Virus record (IMG/VR): IMGVR_UViG_3300048580_000371
Reading direction: 5' to 3' (one strand)
DNA length: 64,000 bases
Source: an uncultured virus (IMG/VR IMGVR_UViG_3300048580_000371)
Lineage: Duplodnaviria > Heunggongvirae > Uroviricota > Caudoviricetes
Below are positions 17,673-27,730 of the stretch, piece by piece. The notes under the pieces were generated by a model that saw only the letters and a list, made by a program, of their open reading frames with translations, did no database searches and was not told where the DNA came from. The first letter of the stretch is position 1. The number at the start of each line of letters is the position of its first letter. Both the position numbers and the translations under genes were made by a program.

Positions 17673-17992
17673 TAATTTCTTCCACCAAATTTTAATTTAA
17701 ATAATACAGCATCATCAGAAATAGTGAATGACGCCTCATTATTGTTTTCAAATTTCCATGGTCCTTTGCAGTTTTCATCACTCCATTTGATTATTTCTTC
17801 TGTGGGATAATCACTATTAAATATAACGTTATATTTAAAACATTTTTTAACATTGACATAAAAATTAACTATTTCTGATAATGTTGGTGCCGCCATTCGT
17901 TGATTAATGTTTTGTTTTTCTTGGTTTGACATATTATTGTATCGTGTTACTTCCCAAAATACACTATTCATTAAAACATTTTTTTCGTTCAA
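17672..17992 (-). CDS. FKLRW-motif family protein
   Basis: WSDENCKGPW...DAVLFKLKFGG. Confidence 0.75.
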   Translation of the reverse strand: MNEKNVLMNSVFWEVTRYNNMSNQEKQNINQRMAAPTLSEIVNFYVNVKKCFKYNVIFNSDYPTEEIIKWSDENCKGPWKFENNNEASFTISDDAVLFKLKFGGRN

Positions 17993-18333
17993 TTCATTTC
18001 TCCATTATCCAATAATTGAAAATCAATACCTTCGTCATATAATTCTTCGGCTTCAGATTTTGTCACAGTTCCCAAAATATCAGCTTCAGCAACCTTTTTT
18101 CCATAATGAACAGCTCGCACTTCATCAGCGAATTTTTCACCAACATATTCATATAATTTGGTGGCACCTTTTTTTGGAATAGCTGGTGCCATCAATGCTT
18201 TTACAATATTAGTATCGCTGCAAGTTGGGCATGAAGTCAAATTGTTTTTTAATATCTTGTCACAAGCATCTGAATTTTGAAACCAAGATTCAAATTCATG
18301 ACCATTTGTGCATTTTAAATTATATTTAATCAT
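17989..18333 (-). CDS. DUF1178 family protein
   Basis: MIKYNLKCxNGHEFESWF, CPTC, KALMAPAI, YVGEKFADEVRAVHYG. Confidence 0.85.
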   Translation of the reverse strand: MIKYNLKCTNGHEFESWFQNSDACDKILKNNLTSCPTCSDTNIVKALMAPAIPKKGATKLYEYVGEKFADEVRAVHYGKKVAEADILGTVTKSEAEELYDEGIDFQLLDNGEMN

Positions 18334-18713
18334 TGGAACCTCATTTTAAACATTATTGCCAAATTCTTGTCTTTAAAACATATGCATGAACTTTCTTCCA
18401 TAACATCAAATATTGGAATTATATAATCTTTGTACATTGAATAATCGTTCAACCATTTCATATAATCATGTTTGTCTTGTTTTAATTCAACTATATAGGG
18501 GAAATGTTCCCTGTATTGCGTTCCTTGTTCTTCAAGCCATTGATTGGCTAATTTTATTTTGGATTTTTCTTGTTCTTCGCATTGTTGTATCCACTCTTTA
18601 AATTCATCATCATAAAAATCCCAATAATCACAATAATAAAAACGCCAATATTTACTATTGCCATCTTTCATTTCTTTGACAAACTTTCTTTCTACTCGCC
18701 TATTATCTGTCAT
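18330..18713 (-). CDS. FKLRW-motif family protein
   Basis: ends CFKDKNLAIMFKMRFQ. Confidence 0.75.
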   Translation of the reverse strand: MTDNRRVERKFVKEMKDGNSKYWRFYYCDYWDFYDDEFKEWIQQCEEQEKSKIKLANQWLEEQGTQYREHFPYIVELKQDKHDYMKWLNDYSMYKDYIIPIFDVMEESSCICFKDKNLAIMFKMRFQ

Positions 18714-19257
18714 TCCCACCCCAAGTTAACCTATATAACATTTGATCTTGTTTGTTGGCGAAATAAATTTTTCCAAATCTGGCATAAACACAACCTTGGC
18801 AAGTTGATTTTATCCAAGAAAACACCGCAGAATAGTCGCTTTGGGAATATTTTTCCACAATTCCAAACTCACCCCTAAAATATTTTAATAAAAATATTTC
18901 ATCGTTTATTGTAAAAAAACGTACACGCTGAGTCCTCCAATATTCAAATTCTTTACCAAACCATTCTGGCAAGTTTGTTCTTGTTGGTGAAATTATTTCT
19001 GTATTTTTATACAATTGTTGTTTTGGGTGATCATATGTTACAGCCATTTTCATTGAAGATGGTTTGTGGAATAATGTCAACGAATAAGTATTGTCTTCTT
19101 TAACTTCCCAGTCTGTGTGTTTATAATATAATGAATCTAAAATTTCATTTGTTAAAACATCCAATGGTGTTCTGGGAAATTTTTCCCAAAATTTCCAATT
19201 GATTTTCCGCCTAACTTTGAAACTATTATCTTTTTCATTTTTTCCAAAAAATAACAT
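18703..19257 (-). CDS. FKLRW-motif family protein (long)
   Basis: ends DQMLYRLTWGG; paralogous to the adjacent gene. Confidence 0.75.
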   Translation of the reverse strand: MLFFGKNEKDNSFKVRRKINWKFWEKFPRTPLDVLTNEILDSLYYKHTDWEVKEDNTYSLTLFHKPSSMKMAVTYDHPKQQLYKNTEIISPTRTNLPEWFGKEFEYWRTQRVRFFTINDEIFLLKYFRGEFGIVEKYSQSDYSAVFSWIKSTCQGCVYARFGKIYFANKQDQMLYRLTWGGNDR

Positions 19258-19874
19258 TATTGACTCCCTTCATTCCCTTCATGTGTCAAACGATAACAAA
19301 TAACATCGTCTTTATTTGAAAGATATAAAATATATCCTGTGTTTGAATTAGTGGTCGTTATATAAGAAACACCAATGCGTTTATTTACCCATTTAAAAAG
19401 TTCTTGTAGTTGGTCAGGTGTTGATTCGTGGTTTTTTTCTATTTTAAAAATAAATTCGTTGTTTAACAGAACATTAATAAATTTTATTTTATTTAGTGTA
19501 AAAAAACTACCACGCTGAACCATCCAACTAAATACCATTATACCAAATATTTTTGACAAATTAATTTTTTCAGGTTTTGATATATTATTACAATATTGTC
19601 TATATCCCCACAATGATGTGTTTGAATAACTAATATCTATCTTAATATCATCTGTTGCCATATATAAATCTTTTGAACCATAAGAATTATAAAAATCACC
19701 CCAAACGTTCCATTTTTCTGGATTGTTAAATATTTGTTCAATCAACTGTTGTTCAACAGTATATTGTTCTTTATTAATTAACAGTTTATTTAACGTCCAT
19801 AAAAATTTGTTCATAAATCCAAATTTTGGCTTGAACTTGTCATCTGTATTTTTGCCGGTTGAAAATAAATTCAT
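19257..19874 (-). CDS. FKLRW-motif family protein (long variant)
   Basis: ends DVICYRLTHEG. Confidence 0.7.
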   Translation of the reverse strand: MNLFSTGKNTDDKFKPKFGFMNKFLWTLNKLLINKEQYTVEQQLIEQIFNNPEKWNVWGDFYNSYGSKDLYMATDDIKIDISYSNTSLWGYRQYCNNISKPEKINLSKIFGIMVFSWMVQRGSFFTLNKIKFINVLLNNEFIFKIEKNHESTPDQLQELFKWVNKRIGVSYITTTNSNTGYILYLSNKDDVICYRLTHEGNEGSQ

Positions 19875-19966
19875 GCTTATATCCTTTCATTTTGTATATT
19901 ATAAGTTAACTGTGGAGTTAATACAACAGGTATTTTCATAAATAAGAGTAAAATATGGAGTTAATT

Positions 19967-20917
19967 ATGAGTTTTTTAAATAAGAGTAACGTATTCAAAA
20001 TGTCAAATCTCTGTGTTCTTTCTGTGGACACGTTATCCAAACCCGTATATTATAATGTTGGTTTTCGTGAAATAATTTTTTGTCGTTCGACCCAATTATT
20101 GGAAAGTATGTTAAATGACCCATTAACACAAATTGATATATTGATAACTGATGATAATATTGAAGGGGCATCAACCCATAATTTATTCAAACAAATCCGC
20201 AACGGAACATTAGGTCCAAACCCATTTTTACCAATAATTGTTGCATTGACAAACAAAGATACTAATGTTATTAATAATATGCTGAGTTCTGGTGTAAATG
20301 ATCTTGTCACCAAACCATTATCTGCAGCTGTTATTAATAAACGAGTTGAAACTTTATTACACTGTGAAAAACACTATGCAATAACAGATAATTATATTGG
20401 ACCAGATCGTCGTCCAAAAGAACGTTTGAATCCTGAAAAAGATGTTCTGGTAAAAGTCCCAAATACATTAAAGATAAAAATCAATGGCAGTAAAAAAGAA
20501 AAAGCATTACTTCAACAAATGATTGAAGAATCAAAAGATAAAATTAATGAAGCTTGTGTTAGGGTAAATGGTAATAGTATCAAGATGGCAATTGAACAAT
20601 TAATTTCAAAAGATTCAGATTCTATTGAGATAAAATTATATTATAAAGTATTGGATGATATGGCGAAAGAATTAATTAAAAAACTTCGCAATAAAACCCA
20701 CATCGTTAATTTATGTGAAATTTTACTTCAAATAATAGTATATCTGAAATCACCAACACATCGTGAAAATCCAAATATATCAACATTATTAACATTGGTT
20801 GGTGATACATTGGCTAAATCAGTTGAAAATTTAGATCAAAGTACAGTTTTGGTTAATAATGTTGTTGGCATCATAAAAAAGAATGATGCATTGCATAAAA
20901 TGTTAGATACCGCCTGA
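19967..20917 (+). CDS. response-regulator receiver domain protein
   Basis: IDILITD, IRNG..GPNPFLPIIV, GVNDLVTKPLS, YIGPDRR; CATAAATA upstream. Confidence 0.8.
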   Translation: MSFLNKSNVFKMSNLCVLSVDTLSKPVYYNVGFREIIFCRSTQLLESMLNDPLTQIDILITDDNIEGASTHNLFKQIRNGTLGPNPFLPIIVALTNKDTNVINNMLSSGVNDLVTKPLSAAVINKRVETLLHCEKHYAITDNYIGPDRRPKERLNPEKDVLVKVPNTLKIKINGSKKEKALLQQMIEESKDKINEACVRVNGNSIKMAIEQLISKDSDSIEIKLYYKVLDDMAKELIKKLRNKTHIVNLCEILLQIIVYLKSPTHRENPNISTLLTLVGDTLAKSVENLDQSTVLVNNVVGIIKKNDALHKMLDTA

Positions 20918-21436
20918 ATACTTTAATTTCAAAAACATTAGTGTTTTGGTTTCAACCAGCTTATTTTTAGTAAGATAATCCAAATAAATATTAAAGGTCT
21001 TCATTTGTTTTCCATTAACGAACCAACTATTACGTCCATAAACTTCTGTGGCTGGTCCATCCAAACGATGAAGTTTGCCTTTTACCCACCATTCTTTATG
21101 ATGCTTTTCATTTTTCATTGGACCAATAAATGCTGGACCATCTAAACGATGGCGCTTTCCATGTTGTTGATAAATTTCAGTACCATCTGGCTGTTTGATC
21201 GCAGGTCCATTTTCTCTATGATACTCGCCATTTTGCATCCAAATTTCATACCTAATACCAGCAGCATTAACAGGACCAACTTGGGCAGGTAAGTCATTAT
21301 CACGATGGCATTTATTGTTGAAATAATATACCTCTACACCATTGGCATAAATGATGCTTGGGTTGTTTGGGTCATTTAAACTACCATCTGGTTGATAATT
21401 ATATCTTGTGCCTTTTGAATCTGTTTGCCAACCCAT
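20903..21436 (-). CDS. HRxDGPA-repeat protein with LKLKY C-terminal helix
   Basis: HRDNDLPA, HRENGPA, HRLDGPA x2; ends LMFLKLKYSGGI. Confidence 0.75.
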   Translation of the reverse strand: MGWQTDSKGTRYNYQPDGSLNDPNNPSIIYANGVEVYYFNNKCHRDNDLPAQVGPVNAAGIRYEIWMQNGEYHRENGPAIKQPDGTEIYQQHGKRHRLDGPAFIGPMKNEKHHKEWWVKGKLHRLDGPATEVYGRNSWFVNGKQMKTFNIYLDYLTKNKLVETKTLMFLKLKYSGGI

Positions 21437-21541
21437 TAAATATTCTCCTACAATTATAATTCATCATATCATAATTTGAGAAAATATCAAGGGAAATGTT
21501 GTTTGGTGAAAATAATTTTTACCAATTTTGAAAGAAAAAGC

Positions 21542-21630
21542 TAAATAAGTATAGCGGGTTGATAGATACGACTAATATCCATCAACAGGCACCAAGGAGG
21601 ATACCTCTTTCCGCTACAATGTTATTTATA
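21542..21630 (+). promoter_or_regulatory. structured endonuclease-leader element (copy A)
   Basis: TAAATA-TAGCGG-[GTTGAT..ATCAAC]-AGGCACCA-[AGGAGG ATA CCTCTT]-CCGCTA-TATTTATA. Confidence 0.75.
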
Positions 21631-21654
21631 CAACAACCAAGGAGAAATGTCAAA

Positions 21655-22626
21655 ATGAATACAGATCTAATAATTTTTCAAGGCACCCAAAATATCATAA
21701 CAGATAATAACATTGATTATTTGGATTTAGTTTGGAAAATGTCCAATAAATCAAAATATGCCAAGTGGTATATGGGGATAATTAAAAAAGCACAAAATAG
21801 AAACATTGAAACAAGAAAAATTGCTAAAGAAAAAATAGGATATGTTGAACAACATCATATAGTTCCTGTATCGTTGGGTGGTGATAATTCTAAATTAAAT
21901 TTAGTATTTTTAACATCTAAAGAGCATTTTATTTCCCATCATTTATTAATAAAAATGTTCTCTTTTGGTATATTTAAAGAAAAAATGAATCTTACATTAT
22001 GGGCATTTATAAATAAAAATAATAATAAAGTGACAGCCAAAACATTTTCTTTAATACGAGAAATTAAAAGTATATCTATGCTTGGCAATTCGTTAGCTAA
22101 AAATAATAAACATACAGAAGAAGGCAACTCGCGAATTTCAAAAGCAATGAAGGGTAATCAACATGCCAAGGGGGCAATTAGATCTGAAGAACAAAAATTG
22201 GCACATTCTTTACTGATATCGGGCGAAAATCATCCAATGTTTGGAAAGGGACATTCACAAGAAACTAAAGATAAAATGTCTATTGCGAAATCAGGCGAAA
22301 ATCATCCAATGTTTGGGAAAGAACACTTACCAGAAACTAAAGATAAAATGTCTATGGCACAAAAGGGTGAAAAAAATCACAGATTTGGTAAAGTTAGTTG
22401 TTTTAAAGGAAAAACACACACCACAAAAACAAGAGAAATAATGAAACAACAACGACAAATACAAACTAAAAGAGAAACAGCATTAATTAATATGTTAGAA
22501 GAGTGGTTGGTAAATAATATTTTGCCAATGGATATCGTTTATCAAGGAAAAAGAAAAGGACATTATGAAAAATTATTTTATGCTAAAGAATTGGTAAAAA
22601 GAGGAATCATAGCCATTTTAATTTGA
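21655..22626 (+). CDS. HNH homing endonuclease with NUMOD3-type repeats
   Basis: EQHHIVPVSLGGDNSKLNLVFLTSKEHFISHHLL; SGENHPMFGKxH..ETKDKMS repeats. Confidence 0.85.
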   Translation: MNTDLIIFQGTQNIITDNNIDYLDLVWKMSNKSKYAKWYMGIIKKAQNRNIETRKIAKEKIGYVEQHHIVPVSLGGDNSKLNLVFLTSKEHFISHHLLIKMFSFGIFKEKMNLTLWAFINKNNNKVTAKTFSLIREIKSISMLGNSLAKNNKHTEEGNSRISKAMKGNQHAKGAIRSEEQKLAHSLLISGENHPMFGKGHSQETKDKMSIAKSGENHPMFGKEHLPETKDKMSMAQKGEKNHRFGKVSCFKGKTHTTKTREIMKQQRQIQTKRETALINMLEEWLVNNILPMDIVYQGKRKGHYEKLFYAKELVKRGIIAILI

Positions 22627-22990
22627 ATAGTATTGCATCACTGGGTTCTTTAAAAATAAAGGTAAATATGTTTTCCAAACCAAAAATAGGCTTGAAACCT
22701 TGATAATTTAATGATATTGCCCACGGGTGTTTGACATTTTCTCCAATCCAATCAAATATTTCTTTAATGTGCATACTTCCTTTGAACCTCGGAAATAAAA
22801 AATGTTGGTGTTCTGGTGCATATAATGTTGTGTGGTAATGAATAAACCTGCCAGCTTTTAATTGTGTTTCTTCTGGTGTTAAAAGTAAAATATTATGTTT
22901 TAATGGTTTGTTGAAACCAGACCAAATTCTCACCGCAAGACTTATGTTATCATCGAGGGCATCAACTACAAATGCACAATCATTGATCAT
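22607..22990 (-). CDS. FKLRW-motif family protein
   Basis: ends DAILFKLKWL. Confidence 0.75.
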   Translation of the reverse strand: MINDCAFVVDALDDNISLAVRIWSGFNKPLKHNILLLTPEETQLKAGRFIHYHTTLYAPEHQHFLFPRFKGSMHIKEIFDWIGENVKHPWAISLNYQGFKPIFGLENIFTFIFKEPSDAILFKLKWL

Positions 22991-23289
22991 TGTTTCCACC
23001 ATAATTTAAATAACATTGCATCATTAGGATTATCAAATACCATTTGAAGGATTTCACAATAATCCCCTATATATCGATGGAATGTTTTTCCGCTACATTT
23101 AGACACACAAAATGTTTTAATTTTTTCTATTATTGGGTAATAAAAATCATCTATTGTAACTGGACGTTGTGATGGTTGCCCATTGACATAAACAACAGTC
23201 ATTTGTCCAACGAAAAAATCATGCAATTCTTTTGAAAAATCTAAGTCAATTGTGGTTTGATTCTTAGATGGAATATCTGATTGCATCAT
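22987..23289 (-). CDS. FKLRW-motif family protein
   Basis: ends DAMLFKLWWKQ. Confidence 0.75.
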   Translation of the reverse strand: MMQSDIPSKNQTTIDLDFSKELHDFFVGQMTVVYVNGQPSQRPVTIDDFYYPIIEKIKTFCVSKCSGKTFHRYIGDYCEILQMVFDNPNDAMLFKLWWKQ

Positions 23290-23828
23290 CCCCACCTCAA
23301 TTTAAATAATATAGCGTCTTTTTTGTTTGAAAAATAAACTTCATTAAAACGATAATAAAAAATACCTTTACAATTTTTCTCACACCAATCAACAATTGTC
23401 TTTTCAAATGAATTCATCATTGTACCAAAACGATTTTCTAAATCTGTTAATGATGCTACTTGATTATTATAAAGATTTGCGTAATTTTCAAAAAAATAAT
23501 TATCATAATGTTCTTTTTTTACTTCAACAGTAGTTCTAAAAGAATGAAAACTTAATATAAATTTTTTACCTTTATAACCAATAGTACTAAATAAATAATA
23601 TCTTGCCACTAATAATGATAACATAACACCAAAATTGGCAAAACTCCATAAATCAGATGGTTTAAATGGTACACCACCAAATAAAAATAAACATATAGAT
23701 ATTGTCGAAAGCATAGCTGTCCAACCAAGTGACCAAAAAAATACTTGTTCGGCAACTATATCAAATTTTTTGTTTGTTAAAAATTTTTTTAATTTTGGAT
23801 GTTTATCAACGAATTTTAATATGTCCAT
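23286..23828 (-). CDS. FKLRW-motif family protein with two TM segments
   Basis: Hydrophobic N-half; ends DAILFKLRWG. Confidence 0.75.
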   Translation of the reverse strand: MDILKFVDKHPKLKKFLTNKKFDIVAEQVFFWSLGWTAMLSTISICLFLFGGVPFKPSDLWSFANFGVMLSLLVARYYLFSTIGYKGKKFILSFHSFRTTVEVKKEHYDNYFFENYANLYNNQVASLTDLENRFGTMMNSFEKTIVDWCEKNCKGIFYYRFNEVYFSNKKDAILFKLRWG

Positions 23829-23883
23829 ACTATTCCCCTTTCAAAATTAACTATAATATGGAATTTTGGATATTGCAATAAAA

Positions 23884-24153
23884 TTATGGTTCAGAGCATG
23901 GAAGAACTAATTTAAACATAATAAGTTGGTGTCGTTCAGAAAGGGAAAATCTATCATAATGAACTACTTTTCTGTCAATTACTTTTGAACTACTTTTAAT
24001 CCACGCCCAACGCCCTTTAACATTATCAAAAAAATCATATGTGGTTTGTTCAAAACAAGTCAAATGAACGTCTATGGAAATCCAATCTTTTATTTCAATT
24101 GGTTCTATTGGAATTGACCATCTTCTATCTATTGGGTTATATAATCGTGGCAT
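23884..24153 (-). CDS. FKLRW-motif family protein (variant)
   Basis: ends QLIMFKLVLP. Confidence 0.6.
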   Translation of the reverse strand: MPRLYNPIDRRWSIPIEPIEIKDWISIDVHLTCFEQTTYDFFDNVKGRWAWIKSSSKVIDRKVVHYDRFSLSERHQLIMFKLVLPCSEP

Positions 24154-24314
24154 AATCCTTTCATATCCTCTGGGTGTAATATTCCATCTTTTCTGAGATC
24201 GTCATATAGCCCAATATTGATATTGTCGGAAAATGTTCTTGGGGATACTTTTTTGCTTATTGGAAAATAAATATTTGGCGATACTTCATTTAGATAATCT
24301 TTAAATGATTTCAT
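24129..24314 (-). CDS. small late protein with CTS-like N-terminus
   Basis: MKSFKDYLNE; GATAAATA 24336-24343; AGGAG RBS. Confidence 0.65.
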   Translation of the reverse strand: MKSFKDYLNEVSPNIYFPISKKVSPRTFSDNINIGLYDDLRKDGILHPEDMKGLCHDYITQ

Positions 24315-24347
24315 TTTAAATCTCCTATCTTGAAATATTTATCATTA

Positions 24348-24680
24348 TTATGATATTGGTTGGACCCATTTTAATTTAAATTGTAAAGCATCTTCTTTAT
24401 TTTCAAAACAAATATATGTTACTTCATATCCAAAATAATTATGAATAAACCTAATTCTATGTCCTTTTAAATTAAAATTTTCACACATTAGTGTTATTAA
24501 TGTTGGGGCTGTATCCTTAATATAATCAATTAAATTATTTATCCAATATGAATTATCTAAATTTAAATTAACTTTGTATTTGAATTTGTCTAATATAATA
24601 TAGTTTCTAATTTCATATTGGGTTTTCTTTCGCAATATAGTATCATATTTTTTCTTTTCTTCCCAAGAAAGTGTCATCAT
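24348..24680 (-). CDS. FKLRW-motif family protein
   Basis: DALQFKLKWV. Confidence 0.75.
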   Translation of the reverse strand: MMTLSWEEKKKYDTILRKKTQYEIRNYIILDKFKYKVNLNLDNSYWINNLIDYIKDTAPTLITLMCENFNLKGHRIRFIHNYFGYEVTYICFENKEDALQFKLKWVQPIS

Positions 24681-24976
24681 ATTATCCATCTCAATTTGAA
24701 CAATATTGCGTCTTGGGAATTTTTAAAATAAAAATTAAACCCAAATGTTCCCCATAAATCCTGACAATGTTCGTCTAACCAATCAGCTACTGGACCATTA
24801 CCTAATGAATCACTGTTCCATTCATAAATTACTTCATTCTTTTCCCATCTTCCCCAAGAATTTGGTTTTGTTAGTGATGCTGAGACGATATAATGAAATT
24901 GTTCAAACGTTGTTTCATCAATTGATAACAGGTCATTACCTTCTTGTATATAAATTCTTATAAATGATTTACTCAT
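24677..24976 (-). CDS. FKLRW-motif family protein
   Basis: DAILFKLRWII. Confidence 0.75.
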   Translation of the reverse strand: MSKSFIRIYIQEGNDLLSIDETTFEQFHYIVSASLTKPNSWGRWEKNEVIYEWNSDSLGNGPVADWLDEHCQDLWGTFGFNFYFKNSQDAILFKLRWII

Positions 24977-25218
24977 CCCCACCTCAACTTGAAAAACATA
25001 AAATCTTTGGAATTTTTAAATGAAATTTTAGTTATTATGTCACATTCATTATAAGAATAATTAAAATGTGTTAGGTTAATATTATCACTCACCCAATCTC
25101 TTATTTCAAATTTCAAAATATATGGTTCAATATAATGTTTATCCTCAAATTCATATTTGTGCCAACCGATATAAAAATTATCCTTTATATTTTCAACTAT
25201 TTTATTAAATAATGCCAT
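24973..25218 (-). CDS. FKLRW-motif family protein
   Basis: DFMFFKLRWG. Confidence 0.75.
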   Translation of the reverse strand: MALFNKIVENIKDNFYIGWHKYEFEDKHYIEPYILKFEIRDWVSDNINLTHFNYSYNECDIITKISFKNSKDFMFFKLRWG

Positions 25219-25220
25219 TA

Positions 25221-25493
25221 TCATCCCCACCTCAATTTGAAAAACATTTCGTCTTTTGGATTTTCAAAAATAAAATCTACACCATGAATAAAAAGATATT
25301 CAGAATATTCATCAAATTCACGCATACTAATATTAATGTTGTGTTCTTCACACCATTGTTTATATGTTTCAATAAGGTCAATATCTATTTGTTTTAAATT
25401 TAGATTTTCTGTATGTTTGATTATTTCATCTATGTTTCCATCTGTGCCAGTTTTGATATGCACATTGACCAAGACATCTGTATAAAATTTCAT
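25221..25493 (-). CDS. FKLRW-motif family protein
   Basis: DEMFFKLRWG. Confidence 0.75.
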   Translation of the reverse strand: MKFYTDVLVNVHIKTGTDGNIDEIIKHTENLNLKQIDIDLIETYKQWCEEHNINISMREFDEYSEYLFIHGVDFIFENPKDEMFFKLRWG

Positions 25494-25672
25494 TTATGAT
25501 CTCCCATTTGTTCAAATCGTTCCCATATCTTTTTGCGTTCTTCTATAGTTAAAGTTTGCCAATTGGTTATTTCATCATGGGTTCGATAACAACCACCACA
25601 ATATTTGTCATCTCCAGATCCTTCATAAACACAATATCCCCAGCAAGGCGATTTTAAATAAGTATTTTCCAT
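25490..25672 (-). CDS. DUF1289 family (Cys-rich) protein
   Basis: SPCWGYC...CGGCYRTHDEITNW. Confidence 0.8.
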   Translation of the reverse strand: MENTYLKSPCWGYCVYEGSGDDKYCGGCYRTHDEITNWQTLTIEERKKIWERFEQMGDHK

Positions 25673-25673
25673 T

Positions 25674-25889
25674 CTAATTAGTCACCATCTCCATTATTAT
25701 GACATCAATGCCATCCAATTTTTCACCCAATTCGTCATCTGTCATTTGGAGTTTTTCATTTAATTCAGGGTCAGCTCGTTGAAGAACAACGTTAGCTCCA
25801 TATTTTTCTAATTCTCGCGCAATTAATACAGCCATACGGGTTTTCTTGGTATGTCCACTTCCAGTTATTGTAATTTGAACTTTTGACAT
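25674..25889 (-). CDS. hypothetical protein (degenerate P-loop-like start)
   Basis: ITITGSGHTKKT; GGAGG RBS. Confidence 0.6.
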   Translation of the reverse strand: MSKVQITITGSGHTKKTRMAVLIARELEKYGANVVLQRADPELNEKLQMTDDELGEKLDGIDVIIMEMVTN

Positions 25890-25974
25890 TTTTATTCCTC
25901 CATTTAAAAGTTATTATTAATAATATATCAAGTTACCAAATAATAAAATTTATTTTTTAATTGTCATAAAAAAT

Positions 25975-26217
25975 TCATGCCCACCATAACTTGAACATCA
26001 TTGCATCATTGGAATTTTCAAAGTGTAGCACATATATTTCACTCCATGCACCAGAATTTAATGGTTCACCCAAAGAAACTTCCCCTTTACAATTCTTTTT
26101 TACCCAATATTGAATTATATCAAATTGCTCAAAAAAAACACTGGTGTCAAATTTGGCGGCTTTTAATTTATCAAACAGGTTTATTTCCACTTCTATCATA
26201 TGGGTATTTATCACCAA
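25975..26217 (-). CDS. FKLRW-motif family protein
   Basis: DAMMFKLWWA. Confidence 0.75.
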   Translation of the reverse strand: MVINTHMIEVEINLFDKLKAAKFDTSVFFEQFDIIQYWVKKNCKGEVSLGEPLNSGAWSEIYVLHFENSNDAMMFKLWWA

Positions 26218-26597
26218 CGCATTTTAAATAACATCATATCTTCTTTTCGTTTAAAAGAAAATATGTAAATTATGTTTTTGTATTCTGGGACACCAAAATA
26301 TATTCCATTAATTAATAATGTTGATAGATATGTTTTTCTTGACATATTTACTAATGGACCTATTTGAAAAGATAAATTATTATTATCATCATCTAACACA
26401 ATATCAGCCTCAAAATCATTCTCAACTTCAATCTTATGGTAACGGAAACGTTTCTTCCCAAACGTCTTGAAACACCATTTAATCATCATATCTTTTTTGT
26501 GTGTGTTATTTTCAGCATCGATTGTAAGCTGGTGTTCCAGTGGTTCGAGGTCGAGGTTGATTAGTGGATAAACGCTTTCCCAAGATTTCTTTTTCAT
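26211..26597 (-). CDS. FKLRW-motif family protein
   Basis: DMMLFKMRW. Confidence 0.75.
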   Translation of the reverse strand: MKKKSWESVYPLINLDLEPLEHQLTIDAENNTHKKDMMIKWCFKTFGKKRFRYHKIEVENDFEADIVLDDDNNNLSFQIGPLVNMSRKTYLSTLLINGIYFGVPEYKNIIYIFSFKRKEDMMLFKMRW

Positions 26598-26599
26598 GT

Positions 26600-26896
26600 C
26601 TATTCCCTTCCACTTAAATTTTCGTCATACTTTCCCCATGTAAGAAAAAAATACATGAATTGTTCAGGGTTGTCAACTACAATCGTGTAGTGACGTTTTG
26701 TGTTGGCGATTCTTCTGGATGTTGTTGTTTTGGCATCTTGGCGAATATCTTCTTCAACATCCCAACGAGTCAGTATTGTGTTTTTAACATTATAATCAAT
26801 CGTCCACACACTATAGAGGATTTTATGTTCTTTCAACCAAGAAAATAATCTCAAACTTTCTTTTGTTATATGATGGAATTTTAAATACCTGTTCAT
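26600..26896 (-). CDS. FKLRW-motif family protein (variant)
   Basis: QFMYFFLTWG. Confidence 0.7.
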   Translation of the reverse strand: MNRYLKFHHITKESLRLFSWLKEHKILYSVWTIDYNVKNTILTRWDVEEDIRQDAKTTTSRRIANTKRHYTIVVDNPEQFMYFFLTWGKYDENLSGRE

Positions 26897-27168
26897 CCAC
26901 CACCCCATCTTAATTTGAATTTGAAGGCATCTTGTTTGTTCATAAACCCACTAATATTACAACCAACCATCCAATCTTGTTCCAGATTACCTTCACACCA
27001 TTTAGCCATTTCAAATAAATTTTGTTCTGTGGTATCATTGTTGATATTATATTTGTATAATGATAATTCAGTTGTCAAGAATTTGTCTTTTAAAATGACA
27101 ATGCTATAAAAATCCCCACTTTCCCTAATTCTTGGGAACCCATCATCATCTATAAAATCCCAATACAT
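26893..27168 (-). CDS. FKLRW-motif family protein
   Basis: DAFKFKLRWGGG. Confidence 0.75.
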   Translation of the reverse strand: MYWDFIDDDGFPRIRESGDFYSIVILKDKFLTTELSLYKYNINNDTTEQNLFEMAKWCEGNLEQDWMVGCNISGFMNKQDAFKFKLRWGGG

Positions 27169-27444
27169 TCAGCACCACCTTAATTTGAAAATCATTGCGT
27201 CATTTGAATCTTTAAAATTAATATCAACAACGTCATCATATAAATCAAAATATTTTTCACTTTGTATATCTGTTAATTCAAGCCAACCAACTTCATCAAC
27301 TGTTGCATTATTTTCTTTAGCATACTTACGTAACGCTATTATGTTTTTATCAGTTCCAATAAACAATATCCTGAATATCAAATCTGATATTTGAATACAA
27401 GCATAACCAAATGATGGACTGGTTGGTGACATTTTTTCAATCAT
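27169..27444 (-). CDS. FKLRW-motif family protein
   Basis: DAMIFKLRWC; start placed at MIEKM. Confidence 0.7.
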   Translation of the reverse strand: MIEKMSPTSPSFGYACIQISDLIFRILFIGTDKNIIALRKYAKENNATVDEVGWLELTDIQSEKYFDLYDDVVDINFKDSNDAMIFKLRWC

Positions 27445-27679
27445 TGTTTTTTCTTCTAATATAAATTTGAAATTCTTCAAATGAAAGATTTCTTGGAATA
27501 ACTGTACCTTGTTCATCACAAGCATCCACAATTTCTTTTTGTTTGTCTGTTAAATCAGCATATTCAATAATTCTTGGTGTTTTTGATTTACTAATTTTAC
27601 CACGAACTTTTGGTTTTTTAACCACTGGTTCTTCTGTTTTTTCTTGTGCTGTTTCATCAACTATTTCTTTGCATCTCAT
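27437..27679 (-). CDS. small protein, CTS-like start, paralogue of 41860-42069
   Basis: MRCKEIVDE...PRIIEYADLTDKQKEIVD. Confidence 0.65.
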   Translation of the reverse strand: MRCKEIVDETAQEKTEEPVVKKPKVRGKISKSKTPRIIEYADLTDKQKEIVDACDEQGTVIPRNLSFEEFQIYIRRKNND

Positions 27680-27730
27680 ATTTCTATCCTCTTTTTGTTT
27701 ATCATAACTCAACATTTTAAATTAGTCAAT

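Noticed and set aside
21542..21630. Hammerhead ribozyme in the nuclease leader
   Set aside because: Three-way junction present, but no CUGANGA core on either strand.
21559..21654. N-terminal extensions of the nuclease ORFs (also 42542-42628 and 62419-62472)
   Set aside because: These translate the structured leader; RBS position supports starts at 21655, 42629 and 62418.
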